Assembly: GCA_964016885.1 (NCBI GenBank) | Contig: OZ024752.1 | Span: 32,612,001 to 32,676,000, forward strand | Origin: Eledone cirrhosa | Lineage: Eukaryota | Length of the DNA: 64,000 nucleotides | Direction: 5' to 3' | In this document: positions 30,361-43,512 of the stretch, piece by piece | Layout of the letters: the number at the start of each line of letters is the position of its first letter | Position numbering within the stretch: position 1 is the first letter of the stretch | Position numbers and translations under genes: made by a program | The notes under the pieces: model-generated | Seen by the model: only the letters and a program-made list of their open reading frames with translations | What the model was told of the DNA's origin: nothing | Database searches by the model: none

Positions 30361-31092
30361 GAGGGGGATTCATAAAGTTCATGGAAAAAGTGGTTTAAGT
30401 TATGATGTTTATTTTTCAACATATGCACCATCTAAGTCGATACTCTTCTGCAAGTGTTGATACCAGCTTTTAAGTCCATTTGTGTAAAACTGCAGGCCAT
30501 GCAATTTAAACCGGCTATATCCGGCCAGTATTTTCTCACCTTTTTCTGTTCAAACCGGTCATAACTAGTGACTCATACTGATATAAAGGTATTGTTCTCA
30601 AAATAAATAATATTAAAATCCCATAGATTCCATATTATGTGGAATAATTATGTGAGATAAAGCCTTTAACACAAAAATATAATAGTATATATAAAGTAAT
30701 GTAAATGCTAAAGGGTTAAACCATGTCAAAACAGCTCAACTGGGGATCATCTTCAACTTCATCTCTTCCACTTCTAAAATGATTTATCCATTTGTAGGGT
30801 GTTGATTTCTTTGGGGCATTGTCCCCCATAAACTTGCTCCAGAGAGTCGATGATTTGGCTGCTCTTCCACCTTGGCTTCACCTGGAATTTCATGTTTTGA
30901 TGGACGCCATGTTGCTCAAGCGGGTGCTGACTTCTGACTGGCGCCACAGCGTTGCAACATGCATTTAAGGGTTCATATTAAAACATGTTATGACATGTTA
31001 CTATAAGAACATACAGGTGTATTGAGATCAAAATCCTTGCATATCATTTTTAGCTATGTACTTTTTCCACAAACTTTTTGAGTCCCCCTCAT
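30359..31092. mobile_element. Non-autonomous Tc1/mariner derivative with a nested partial piggyBac-like MITE (~30501-30719)
   Basis: Imperfect TIRs ATGAGGGGGATTCATAAAGTTCATGGAAAAAG / CTTTTTCCACAAACTTTTTGAGTCCCCCTCAT. Confidence 0.65.
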
Positions 31093-33372
31093 ATACTATG
31101 ATATGAGCTTTTATTTCAAGAATACCAATTGCAGTGTAGATTTCCCAATATAGTCAGCGAATATTGTACATTTTATATAGAAATGTTGAGAGTTAAAGTA
31201 ATATTGCTTGTATATATATATTTGTTAGCTTTGGAATCTGTGATAATAGTTATAGGATTGGTGTCTGGGCTTTACATACATTATCTTTCTAGATTTTGTT
31301 ATATTTCCTAGTAAATAACTTATTTTTAGCAGAATAATTAAAGATTTAATAATTAATAGTTTCAAATGTTTGAATCGAATAATTTTTTTTTGTATTAGCC
31401 AAGAGCTAAACTAAGAAAGAAGAAAAGTTATCAGATAATACTTAGGAAATAATTGTATTTTACACTGTATTATATTTGTAAGAAAGTTACAAAACTAAAT
31501 TTTAGACCGAAAATAATATATATGTAAAACCTTAGCTGCTGTGAGATATGTAAAGCCATATCGGAAGAGTGTCAGATAATATGCTTTGCAGCATATAGTT
31601 GTCTTTCTACACTCTGAGTTCAAATCCCACCAACATTTAGTATGGGGAAAATAGATTCTGTTTATAAATATTTCAGTTGATAAATGGCCTTGCCTTCAGG
31701 AACAAATTAAGTTTATAAACTGATTGCACTGTGCTCATATGCTGCTTAGTTCTCCAGTACTTTTAAGTCAACTGAACTAGTTAATATATTAACTCTTTTT
31801 GATACCCAACCAGAAATGGTTCTCTCTAACCCATGCTAGCGTGGCAAATGGACATTAAACGATGATGATGATGATGATACAAAACTGTTTATTTTGAAAT
31901 GCTTATTTTTTTTAAAATCTAAAACCTTCCATCATGATTTTATGATGGGCTCTGCCAGGTTTAGAAATACCCTAGTAATGCCATTAGTCTATACAGTCTA
32001 ATGGACTCTGTCAGGAGTTACGGGTTCATGTATGTATAGATGTGTGCTCAATTTGAGTTTACGTGGCTTCAGTTATTCAGGACAATCTGCTTATTATTAT
32101 ATTATTGTAAAATAATTCAAATGGGATGCTTTACTCATTCACCGACCACACAACTTTCCATCACTATGTAACGACCACTGGCCTCTGTTTTCTCTCCTTG
32201 AGGGTATCTTCCATGCTCTTGTCATTAAAGGCATACTTTATATAAACTATTGTATTTTTGTGGTAAAGGCTTTATCTCGCATAATATCGAATTTATGAGA
32301 TTTTGATGTTATTTATTTTGGGAACAATACCTTAACGTCAATATGAGCTGCCAGTTACCGTCTGTTTTAACTGAAAGAAGTGAGCAAATTCTAGTGTTCG
32401 GGTTTCTGACTTATTCCTATAACAAATACACTCACACTTCGACTCAATGGTTTTCGAGACACCCAATGTTTACTGCGACAAATATTATTTTTTGTTCTCT
32501 GAAATCATTACAGTTAATTGTAATCATTAGAGTTAATTGTTTGTTAATTATAATAAATTGTCATTTAATAGAAAATACAAACATTTTATAATCAAATTAA
32601 TTTTTATTTTTATTTTAAAAAAAATTTTTTTTGCAATGTTTTGAAAATTTGTTTTAAAATATTTTATTCTAAACATACTGAAAGAAATAAAAGTGTATTT
32701 TAAGTTTTAATGAATAAACAGTAAAAATAAAAATAAAAACAAATCTTTTATTTCACCCACCAGCACCAAGGCTGCCATTGTTGCTGCTATGCCACTATGT
32801 TATTTATATATTTTATTTTCCAAATGTGAAATTTCATTGAAAAATGATTTAACTATTTATTTATATACAATATTTTTCTGTGAGGAAAATATTGTATAAT
32901 AGTCAGGAAATTTAGCAATGGTTATAGAAGATATTATTACATTGTTGTCATCATCATCATCACCATCTGAATGTGCTGATTGAACAGATAAATTAACCTA
33001 TATTATCTTTTGGCAGTATCGGTAGAGGGTCAGATGCCATGCTTTCTAGCACAGTTATGTCCCTTTATGATCTGAGTTCAAATCCCGCCGAGGTTAATTT
33101 TGCCTTTCATCCTTACGGGGTCGATAAAATAAAGTACCAGTTATGTACTGGGCAATTGCTGGCCTTGTGCCAAAAAGTAGAAACAATTATCTTATTCTAT
33201 ATTGAATAATTATATTGAATCAAATTTCTATATTAAATAATTGTTTCTACGTTAGGCACAAGGCCAGCAAATACCCAGTGCATTACTGGTACTTTATTTT
33301 ATCGACCCTGTAAGGATGAAAGGCAAAGTTAACCTTGGCAGGATTTGAACTCAATTGGTTCAGGTAAGGCTT

Positions 33373-33622
33373 CTGCCTGCTACTGGTACCATGTAAACCA
33401 CCACAACCTGCCTGCTACTGGTACCATGTAAACCACCACAACCTGCCTGCTACTGGTACCATGTAAACCACCACAACCTGCCTGCTACTGGTACCATGTA
33501 ACATAGTACAACCTGCCTGCTACTGGTACCATGTAACATAGTACAACCTGCCTGCTACTGGTACCATGTAAACCACCACAACCTGCCTGCTACTGGTACC
33601 ATGTAACATAGTACAACCTGCT
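33373..33622. repeat. 35-bp minisatellite
   Basis: ctgcctgctactggtaccatgtaaaccaccacaac x~7. Confidence 0.92.
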
Positions 33623-34614
33623 TCATGGTCAAGTGGTATATTTTGTCGAGACAAAAATTCAGTTTTTAAGTTAAATCAATGAAAAGCTGTGATATTCATA
33701 CTTTCCTAATGACATTATTAATAACTGGTTTTCTGCTAGCATGTGTAGTGTGTATATTGATATTAAACGCAAGTATATATACATGTAGATATAATACATG
33801 TGTAGTGTGTATATTGATATTAAACGCAAGTATATATGCATGTAGATATGATACATAAAAAAAAATCGTAATTGACAATATACAGAAAAATTGAACGAAG
33901 ACTGTGTTACACTGTCTTATGTAATCAGTAACGTAATCCATGATACATTAAAAAAAGACATGGCTTAGTGGTTAGAGCATTGACCTTGCAATCGAAAGGT
34001 TGTGAGTTCAATTCTCAGACCGGGTGATGTGTTGTTTCCTTGAGCAAGATACTTTATTTCACGTTGCTCCAGTTTACTCAGCTGTAGAAATGAGATGATA
34101 GGGACTGGGGTCCCTATCATTCCACTGTAAAGTGGTCGTGGAGGTGCCACGGCAAAAAAAGCACCCAGCACTCACTGTAAACGAGGTTGGTGTTAGGAAG
34201 GGCATCCAGCTGTAGAAATCAAGCCAGAATCAGTTCCCGTCCCACCCTTGCAAGCAGGGAAAAGTGGACGTAAAATGAAAATGAAATGATATATAAATTG
34301 CATTAGGAGAAAATTAGTGACGGAAATATATGAATGTTTATTTAAGCGATCGCTAACTGGAAGTGTTGACATTTGAAAATTTTAAAGAAGTGAATTTTTA
34401 AATAAGTAATAAAATATATTTAATCAACAGCTACAAAATTTAGTAGATAAATTATGTAATATTCATTCATTATTTATTCAACTTATTTTACTAACTGGAT
34501 TAAAAGAAATAAACTGTACGCAGTCCTGCACTCCTTACTTTATTATAGTTTAGATAGTAAAGTGAAGAAGAGGAGGAGGGCAAAGAGAAATAACTGAAAC
34601 CAGCCATTGGGGAT

Positions 34615-34965
34615 TGTCTGGCCACTTCCTCTTCATACTACTGCTAGCCATTGAGACCACAAGTGTACTTGGACTCCATACTACCAAGCTCCTCCGTAAG
34701 ATCGAAACATCAGTAGCCCGTCTAAGGAGGTCTGCGAGGTGGGGTGGCTGTTGTAGTGGGTGTCGCTGGCCAATTTCTGCGGGAATGATTTTGCAGTCTT
34801 GTCCACTGGGTGCAGCCCAAACACTGCCGCGCTCTAGGCTCAGAGCCCATCATCCTCCCTCTTCTCCCTCCCATTCTTCTGTGACCCTAGAGCCCTTGTC
34901 CTTTCCTTTTCCATTTTCATACCCACAAAACGCACTTGCATTTTTTACAATAAAACATTACTGAA
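34615..34965 (+). mobile_element. 3' relic of an RLE-type (CRE-like) non-LTR element; second copy ~41650-42030 (-)
   Basis: LAIETTSVLG..TKLLRKIETSVA / FAPVAVETSGILGPCIAKLLRKIETSAA resemble the post-RLE 'P.A.ET.G..G' motif; two diverged copies. Confidence 0.5.
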
Positions 34966-35285
34966 GTGTTTTTGCTTTTTAGCTTTTGTAGTTTTTATAT
35001 TTTTTTATATTTTTTTACCTGAACAAGCTAATATTATTAATTTAGATGACAGAGAGTCGGACGACATGCTTTGCAGCACAGAGTTACGTCCCTTTGCGGT
35101 CTGAGTTCAAATCCCGCCGAGGTTAACTTTGTCTTTCATCCTTACAGGGTCGATAAAATAAAGTACCAGTAATGCACTGGGACAATTGCTGGCCTTGTGC
35201 CAAAAGTAGAAACAATTATTAATTTAGATGTAAATAATTTATATTTTCAGGTTTGTCCTTAAGAATTGAAACAGCAATTACCAAG

Positions 35286-36609
35286 ATGAACGAACACTGC
35301 CTAGACAACAACATGACATATGTACCAAAATGGTCATCTAACATGAGAATTAAAGAAGAATTTCCGTACCAAAACCTAAACTTCAATGATATAAAAACTG
35401 AAAGTTATTTTCTTCCTCAAGACTTTCATGGAATGCCAAAAGAGAATCTTAATTCTGATAAAAAACATTTCCTATACAATTATCATTTGAATTGTTCTGA
35501 TGGCAGGAGGGGCTCAATGTTTAACTCATATTGGCATTTCCCTGAGAAAATTACATCTCCGAAAATCCATTCTTTGGAATCTCACCAAACTACTAAAAAG
35601 TGTACTCAAACACCAAACATCAAATTTCCTTCTGGAGACATAAAAAATATCGACATAAAAAACGAAGGAACTATTTTTAATAATAATAATAGTAATAGTA
35701 ATAGTAATAGTAATAGTAATAGTAATAGTAATAGTAATAATAATAATAATAACAACACATTGTATAAGAGTGATTTTAAGAATTGCTCAAGTACTATTTG
35801 TCATTTACAGAATGAATATAAGACTAAAAAGGATTCCAACTGTAGCCAAATGTCGAGTATGAACAAGATCAAGATGGATTTACCTCAAACGTTGTCTCCA
35901 CAGTTATATTCAGAGAAATTCCATGTCAAAGTTCCAGGTGAAACAACAAAAAACAGTTACGTATCTTTTCCCATGCAACCTACAAATGCAAACTTTTACA
36001 AAGACACTTTTATGACAAACACGATAAGGAACTTAAAAAGGGATAACAGCAAGGAAAGCTTCTCAAACTTAACAGCTGACAATTCTCTGTCAGTAGATAA
36101 ATATATGAAAGATGGTTATTTTCCTCACAAAATTATTGAAATGAATGTGTCAAAACCACTTTCCAAGCATCAATTGATAACAGATGGAGAATTTACTAAT
36201 TTAAGGAGAAAGTCTTTGAATTCAAATCAAAACTATATTCAGTCAGAATCTTTGAAAAAGTCTTCGGGTTTTATTAAAGGTATTCAGAATTCTTCAAATA
36301 CTTCTAATAAAACTTCACATTCTGTTTGTCAGTTTGATATAAAACAAGAACCTGAGATATATGATATGCACAAAATTCAACCGTCGTTTAATAATGGGTC
36401 ATTGAAAACATCACAGTCATCATACCAGAATCTACCTTCCCAAAATGGAACTAACTGTATTGACAACCTAGAAAGGCCTTATCATCAACAAACTGATAGT
36501 GTTGGTTTGTTAAATTCTCATAAACTGCCCCAGCAAGAAACTGTCGATTATCATTGTGTTACTAAAGAAAACTCTTCTGGATGTAAAAAAGAAAAAGTTC
36601 TGTTTGATG
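35286..36609 (+). CDS. HLH-like + HMG-box transcription factor, coding exon 1 (acceptor at 35250; low-complexity N/S/K-rich N-terminus)
   Basis: 1.4-kb non-repetitive ORF in AT-rich DNA; ttttcag acceptor, first ATG 35286, donor G|gtatgt phase 1 matching the next exon. The true start could lie in an upstream exon. Confidence 0.8.
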
Positions 36610-36650
36610 GTATGTCAGTATTCTATTTTCAGAATATTAAAATTGTTTTT

Positions 36651-36872
36651 TTAACCTTTACATTTTAGCATTTACATTACTCTATATAAAATATTGTATT
36701 TTCACAGTAAAGGCTTTATCTCACATAATATCGAATCTATGAGATTTTGATATTATTTATTTTGAGAACAATACCTTAAAATTGGTATGAGGAGACAGTT
36801 ATGGCCGGTTTAAACAGAAAGAGGTGAGAGAATTCTGGCCAGATAAGGCCGCTTTAAATGCCAATGGGTTAA
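36651..36872. mobile_element. piggyBac-like MITE (~210 bp; other copies 42631-43124 with SINE insert, 47946-48158, 48412-48603, 56741-56961, 61600-61813, 61847-62061)
   Basis: TTAA|CCCTTTAGCATTTA ... TAAATGCTAAAGGG|TTAA termini (clearest at 61847-62061); shared interior. Confidence 0.85.
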
Positions 36873-37607
36873 ACATTGCGCACAAACTTTTCAGAGTCAA
36901 CGGCCATCCAACCCAACCCGCAATTGGCCAAACATGGTGAGAAAGATATATTTAAAATATAGAGAGAGTAGAAATATATATATTTAACATATATATAGAG
37001 TAGAAGCATATATATATTTAATATATATAGAGAAGAAACATATATTTAACATATATGAGAGAAGAACGATCGGCTTTCGCCAAATCGGACCGAGGAAACA
37101 ATGTTTCCGTTGGTCTTTCCAATTGCTAATACTATCTATCGGTCGCAACTCCAGGTAGAAGGAGCAACGTGAAATAAAGTGTCTTGCTCAAGGACATAAC
37201 GCATCGCCCGGCCGAGGAATTGAACTCACAACCTCACGATTGCGAATACAATTCTCTAACCACTCAGCCACACGCCTTCACCAACTTAACATATATATAG
37301 AGTAGAAACATATATATATTTAACATATATAGAATAGAAAAATATATTAACATATATAGAGTAGAAAGATATATATTTAATATATAGAGTAGAAAGATAT
37401 ATATTTGATATATATAGAGTAGAAAAATATATTTAATATATATACAGTAAAAAGATATGTACAGTATATTTAACATATAGAGTAGAAACATCTATATTTA
37501 ACATATGTAGAATAGAAAAATATATTAACATATATATAGAGTAGAAAGATATATTTTTAATATATATAGAGTAGAAGGAAATATATAACAAATCTAGTGT
37601 AGAACTG

Positions 37608-37638
<31 letters not shown>

Positions 37639-37756
37639 ATGTAAAAGATAAACAGAAATAAGAGCACAATAAATATATATATAGAAATAACAGCACAATT
37701 GGTACAGTATATGGAAGGGATATATTAGGTTGGTGCTTGATATAGCAGAAAGAGGG

Positions 37757-37792
37757 TCTTAACGTTTCGGACGCTAGTCTTTCATCAGAAGA
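37757..37792 (-). ncRNA. Minimal type-I hammerhead of a solo PLE pLTR fragment (~37680-38005)
   Basis: Minus: TCTT-CTGATGA-AAGAC TAGC GTCC-GAAAC-GTT-AAGA, with palindromic AACGTT stem III as in dimer-acting minimal hammerheads; between (TA)n tracts. Confidence 0.68.
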
Positions 37793-38018
37793 AAGAAAGA
37801 GAAATAAGATAGATTGAGGGGACGGGCGGGATGGAATTGGAAAAAAATGTCTTTAGATAAAAATAACGGGTCCATTCATGTTGACATCTCTTGCGAAACA
37901 GTTTAGAGATTGTTATGTCAAGTTACTGTTGGCTAACCAAAGTGAGTATGTACTTTATTTAGGGTTGTACTAAAAGTAATGAAAATTTGACACCTCATCC
38001 ATGCTTATAATATATATG

Positions 38019-38062
<44 letters not shown>

Positions 38063-38499
38063 ATATAAACAAACATACATATCTACAAGTTTTAATTAAA
38101 TTCAAGCAATATATGAATATTTATAAAAATTAATTTCAGAAAATGTACAATTAATTGTGTTGTAAAATATTTGGCAATGGAAATATTAATTAAAATTCTT
38201 GAAAAAAAAAAATCATTAAATGAAATATTTGAAATGATTATATTTTAAGATATTTGAATATTTGGTATTATTATTGTTATTATTATTGTTATTATTACAC
38301 GGTGGATTGGCAGTTTCGGTAGAGGGTCGGACGCCATGCTTTAACGCATAGAGTTACGGCCCTTTCCGATCTGAGTTCAAATCTCGTCGAGGTTAACTTT
38401 GCCTTTCATCCTTACGGGGTCGATAAAATAAAGTACCAGTAATACACTGGGGTAATTGCTGGCCTTGTGCCAAAAGTAGAAACAATTATTGTTATTATT

Positions 38500-40077
38500 A
38501 CACCATCATCACCATCAACATCACCAACACCGTCATCACTATCACCACCACCATCATCATCACCATCATTATCATCACCATCACTACCATCACCAACCCA
38601 TCATCACTACCATCAACATCATTATCATCAACATCACCATCATCACCATCATCACTACCATCACCACCAACACCATCATCACTACCATCACCATCACCAC
38701 CAACACCATCATCACTACCATCACCATCACCACCAACACCATCATCACTACCATCACCACCATCACCATCACCACCAACACCATCATCACTACCATCACC
38801 ATCACCACCATCATCACTACCATCACCATCACCATCATCACTACCATCACCACCAACACCACCATCACTACCATCACCACCAACACCATCATCACTACCA
38901 TCACCACCATCACCATCACCACCAACACCATCATCACTACCATCACCATCACCACCATCATCACTACCATCACCATCACCATCATCACTACCATCACCAC
39001 CAACACCACCATCACTACCATCACCACCAACACCATCATCACCACCAACACCATCATCACTACCATCACCATCACCACCATCATCACTACCATCACCATC
39101 ACTACCATCACCATCATCACTACCATCACCATCACCATCATCACTACCATCACCATCATCACTACCATCACCATCACCACCAACACCACCATCACTACCA
39201 TCACCACCAACACCATCATCACCACCAACACCATCATCACTACCATCACCATCACCACCATCACCATCATCACTACCATCACCATCATCACTACCATCAA
39301 TCACCATCACCACCAACACCATCATCACTACCATCACCATCACCACCATCACCATCATCACTACCATCATCATCACTACCATCACCATCACCATCATCAC
39401 TACCATCACCATCACCACCATCACCATCATCACTACCATCACCATCATCACTACCATCAATCACCATCACCACCAACACCATCATCACTACCATCACCAT
39501 CACCATCATCACTACCATCACCATCATCACTACCATCCCCATCATCACTACCATCACCACCATCACCATCACCATCATCACTACCATCACCATCATCACT
39601 ACCATCAATCACCATCACCACCAACACCATCATCACTACCATCACCATCACCATCACCACCATCACCATCATCACTACCATCACCATCACCACCATCACC
39701 ATCACCATCATCACTACCATCACCATCACCACCATCACCATCATCACTACCATCACCACCATCACCATCACCATCATCACTACCATCACCATCACTACCA
39801 TCACCAACACCATCATCACTACCATCACCATCATCACTACCATCACCATCACTACCATCACCATCACCACCAACACCATCATCACTACCAACACCATCAT
39901 CACTACCATCACCATCATCACTACCATCACCAACACCATCATCACTACCGTCATCATCACCACCACTACCATCACCACCAACACCACCAACACCATCATC
40001 ACTACCATCACCATCACCACCAACACCATCACCACTACCATCACCATCATCATTATCATCATCAGCACCACCATCAT
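38500..40077. repeat. (CAT/CAC/TAC/CAA)n trinucleotide-type repeat, intronic
   Basis: Directly visible; open in all frames on both strands, so non-coding. Confidence 0.97.
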
Positions 40078-40389
40078 AAAGTAAAGTACCAGTAACTTAC
40101 TGGGGTGGGGTGGTTTAATCGACTTTACCCTTCTCAAAAAATTGTTGGCCTTGGGACTAAATCAGAAACCAATTTTTACCTGATCAATATAAATAAATGG
40201 CAATAAGAAAACGGAAAGGAAAGAGAAGAAATTTATAGAAATGAAGTAACTAAAGAAATGGAAAGTGTGTGGGGGGTGGGAGTGATTCTTCAGAATGGTC
40301 TGAATCTTGTTTGGGACTTTTAGTTTACTCTGTTAAGTGTTTCAGTCGACAGACTGAGGCCATGCTGGGGCATCACCATTGATGTTACT

Positions 40390-41265
40390 GTTGTCATGAC
40401 AAAGCACCCAGTCCACCCTGTAAAGTGGTTGTGTAAGAGACATGACATAGCAAAAATCACTCAGCACACACTGTAAAGTGGTTGTGTAGGAGACACAGCA
40501 AAAAGTACCCAGCACACTGTAAAGTGGTTGTGTAGGAGACACAGCAAAAAGTACCCAGCACACTGTAAAGTGGTTGTGTAGGAGACACAACAAAAAGTAC
40601 CCAGCTCACTGTAAAGTGGTTGTGTAGGAGACATGGCAAAAATCACTCAGCACACGCTGTAAAGTGGTTGTGTAGGAGACATGGCATAAATCACTCAGCA
40701 CACTGTAAAGTGGTTGTGTAAGAGACACAGCAAAAAGTACCCAGCTCACTGTAAAGTGGTTGTGTAGGAGACATGGCAAAAATCACCCAGCTCGCACTGT
40801 AAAGTGGTCGTATAGGTGACATGGCAAAAATCACCCAGCACTCACTGTAAAGTGGTTGTATAGGTGACATGGCAAAAATCACCCAGCACTCACTGTAAAG
40901 TGGTCGTATAGGTGACATGGCAAAAATCACCCAGCACTCACTGTAAAGTGGTCGTATAGGTGACATGGCAAAAATCACCCAGCACTCACTGTAAAGTGGT
41001 CGTATAGGTGACATGGCAAAAATCACCCAGCTCGCACTGTAAAGTGGTCGTATAGGTGACATGGCAAAAATGACCCAGCACTCACTGTAAATGTGGTTGG
41101 CATTAGGGAAGGGCACCCAGCCATAAGAAATCTAGCCCGAAACAGTCATATATGAGCAAGACATGGTCACCTGACCTGACTTGCCTCTAATGGGACAAAC
41201 CCCTCTAACCCATGCTAGCATGGAAAATAGACATTAAATGATGGTGGTGATGATGACGATGATGT
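40390..41265 (+). mobile_element. SINE-B-related element with a ~41-44-bp internal tandem expansion
   Basis: Repeated cagcactcactgtaaagtggtcgtataggtgacatggcaaaaatcacc followed by gggaagggcacccagcc...acccatgctagcatggaaaatagacattaaatgatg. Confidence 0.75.
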
Positions 41266-43334
41266 TGGTATTTTATCTTTCTTCACAGTTCTGTCATTTC
41301 AACTTTTGTATGTTTTGGTTGGCATTCTTGAAAACAGTAAACAATTTTTTTACTTGTTTCATATTAGTGTTAGAATTTATCTATATATCATATTTACTTA
41401 ACAGAAAATATTTCTCTATTAATGCTGTACTGAATAATACCATTTTTATTTGTATTGTATTTCATCTATTAATGCTGTATGGGGTGGAGAGAGGGAGAGA
41501 TAGTGTTGTTGATAAGAAATGTCCTCATTGTCTATTTATTTACACATTGTATCAGATTGTCATTTAATATAAACATTTTATTATATTTTAATGTATTGTG
41601 ATCAATCTTTTTTTTTTTTAAATAAGAACGGAATTTTATTGTAAATAAAATACAAGTGTCTTTTGTGGTTATGTAAACGGAAAAGGAAAGGAAAAGCAAG
41701 GGCTGTGGGGTCACAGAAGAATGGGAGGGTGATGAGCTCTAGGCCTAGGGCATGGTGGTATCGGGGCTGTGCTCTGTGGACAAAACTGTAAAGGCATTCC
41801 CGTGGGCCACTCATACTGATGTTAAGGTATTGTTCTCAAAATAAATATCAAAATCTCAGATTCGATAGTGGCACCCACTACAACAGCCACCCTATCTTGG
41901 GGGGTGGGGGTGTCCCTCCTCAGACAGGCTGCTGATGTTTCAATCTTGCGGAGGAGCTTGGCAATACAGGGTCCAAGTATGCCTGAGGTCTCGACGGCAA
42001 CTGGTGCAAAGAGGAAGCGGTCGGACATAATTATCTTGCAAAATAATCATTCAATATTCTCATCATATTTTGATTTCATTCATTGTTTATTTATAAATCA
42101 TTGATATTTATAGAAAGAGTGTGCTAAAGAAACTGTCAATATCTCCCCTATTTTGGGGAGAAAGGGTGTTCCAATAAACTGTTGAGAATCCTATTTTCCT
42201 TCTGGGATTTTAATATTTTAATAAACTTGAAAATTACATGTACATCATCATCATCATCATCATCATCTTGCAAGGGTGGGACAGGAACTGATTCTGGCTT
42301 GATTTCTACAGCTGGATGCCCTTCCTAACACCAACCTCATTTACAGTGTGGGCTGGGTGCTTTTTTTCCGTGGCGCCTACACGTCCACTTTATAGTGTGG
42401 GCTGGGTGCTTTTTTTGCCGTGGCACCTCCACGACCACTTTGCAGTGGAATGATAGGGACCCCAGTCCCTATCATCTCATTTCTACAGCTGAGTAAACTG
42501 GAGCAATGTGAAATAAAGTGTCTTGCTCAAGGAAACAACACCTCACCCAGTCTGAGAATTGAACTCACAACCTTTCGATTGCAAGGCCAATGCTCTAACC
42601 ACTAAGCCATGTGCCTACAGGGGTTTTAAATTAACCTTTTAGCATTTAAACCGGCCATATCTGGCCAGAATACTCTCACCTCTTTCTGTTCATACAGACT
42701 GCAACTGGCCACTCATACTGATATTAAGGTATTGTTCTCAAAATAAATATCAAAATCTCAGGTTCGATATTATGTGATCTAATTATGTGAGGTAAAACCT
42801 TTACCATGAAAATACAATAGTATATATATATAGAGTGATGTGTTGTTTCCTTGAGCAAGACACTTTCTTTCACATTGCTCCAGTTTACTCAGCTGTAGAA
42901 ATGAGATGATAGGGACTGGGGTCCATATCATTCCACTGCAAAGTGGTCGTGGAGGTGCCACGGCAAAAAAGCACCCAGCACTCACTGTAAATGAGGTTGG
43001 TGTTAGGAAGGGCATCCAGCTGTAGAAATCAAGCCAGAATCAGTTCCCGTCCCACCCTTGCAAGCAGGGAAAAGTGGACGTAAAATGATGATGATGATAG
43101 AGTAATGTAAATGCTAAATGGTTGAAGTAGACTGACACTATCTAGGAATTGGACTTGCATTGTAGTATTGTGTTATTCTCAAAGTTTACTTTGTATGACA
43201 CTTATAAAGTAGAAATAAACATTGCAGTTTTGTCTTGTTCTAGAAGTTAACTATTAGTTTATGGCACTTATATAATAGAAATAAACTTCAAATTTACAAT
43301 TTCACAATTTGTCTAAAATATGTTTTTTCCTCAG

Positions 43335-43381
43335 AAAAATTTGAAGAATTATTAAATAACAGTTGGGACGTTCCTGTTGAT
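43335..43381 (+). CDS. HLH/HMG gene exon 2 ((E)KFEELLNNSWDVPVD)
   Basis: ttttttcctcag acceptor, gtgagt donor; phase 1 to 0, open. Confidence 0.75.
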
Positions 43382-43512
43382 GTGAGTATCTGACTTTACA
43401 TTTAACCTTCTTGTAACCATATTTCTAATGAAAGACATTGCCTATGTTTAACTCTTTCATTACGTATGTATGTATGCATGTATGTATGTTTGTATGTATG
43501 TATGTATGTATG

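Noticed and set aside
38467-40137. His-rich or Thr/Ile-rich 500-aa ORFs
   Set aside because: Trinucleotide repeat open in all frames, starting within a SINE tail and lying in an intron.
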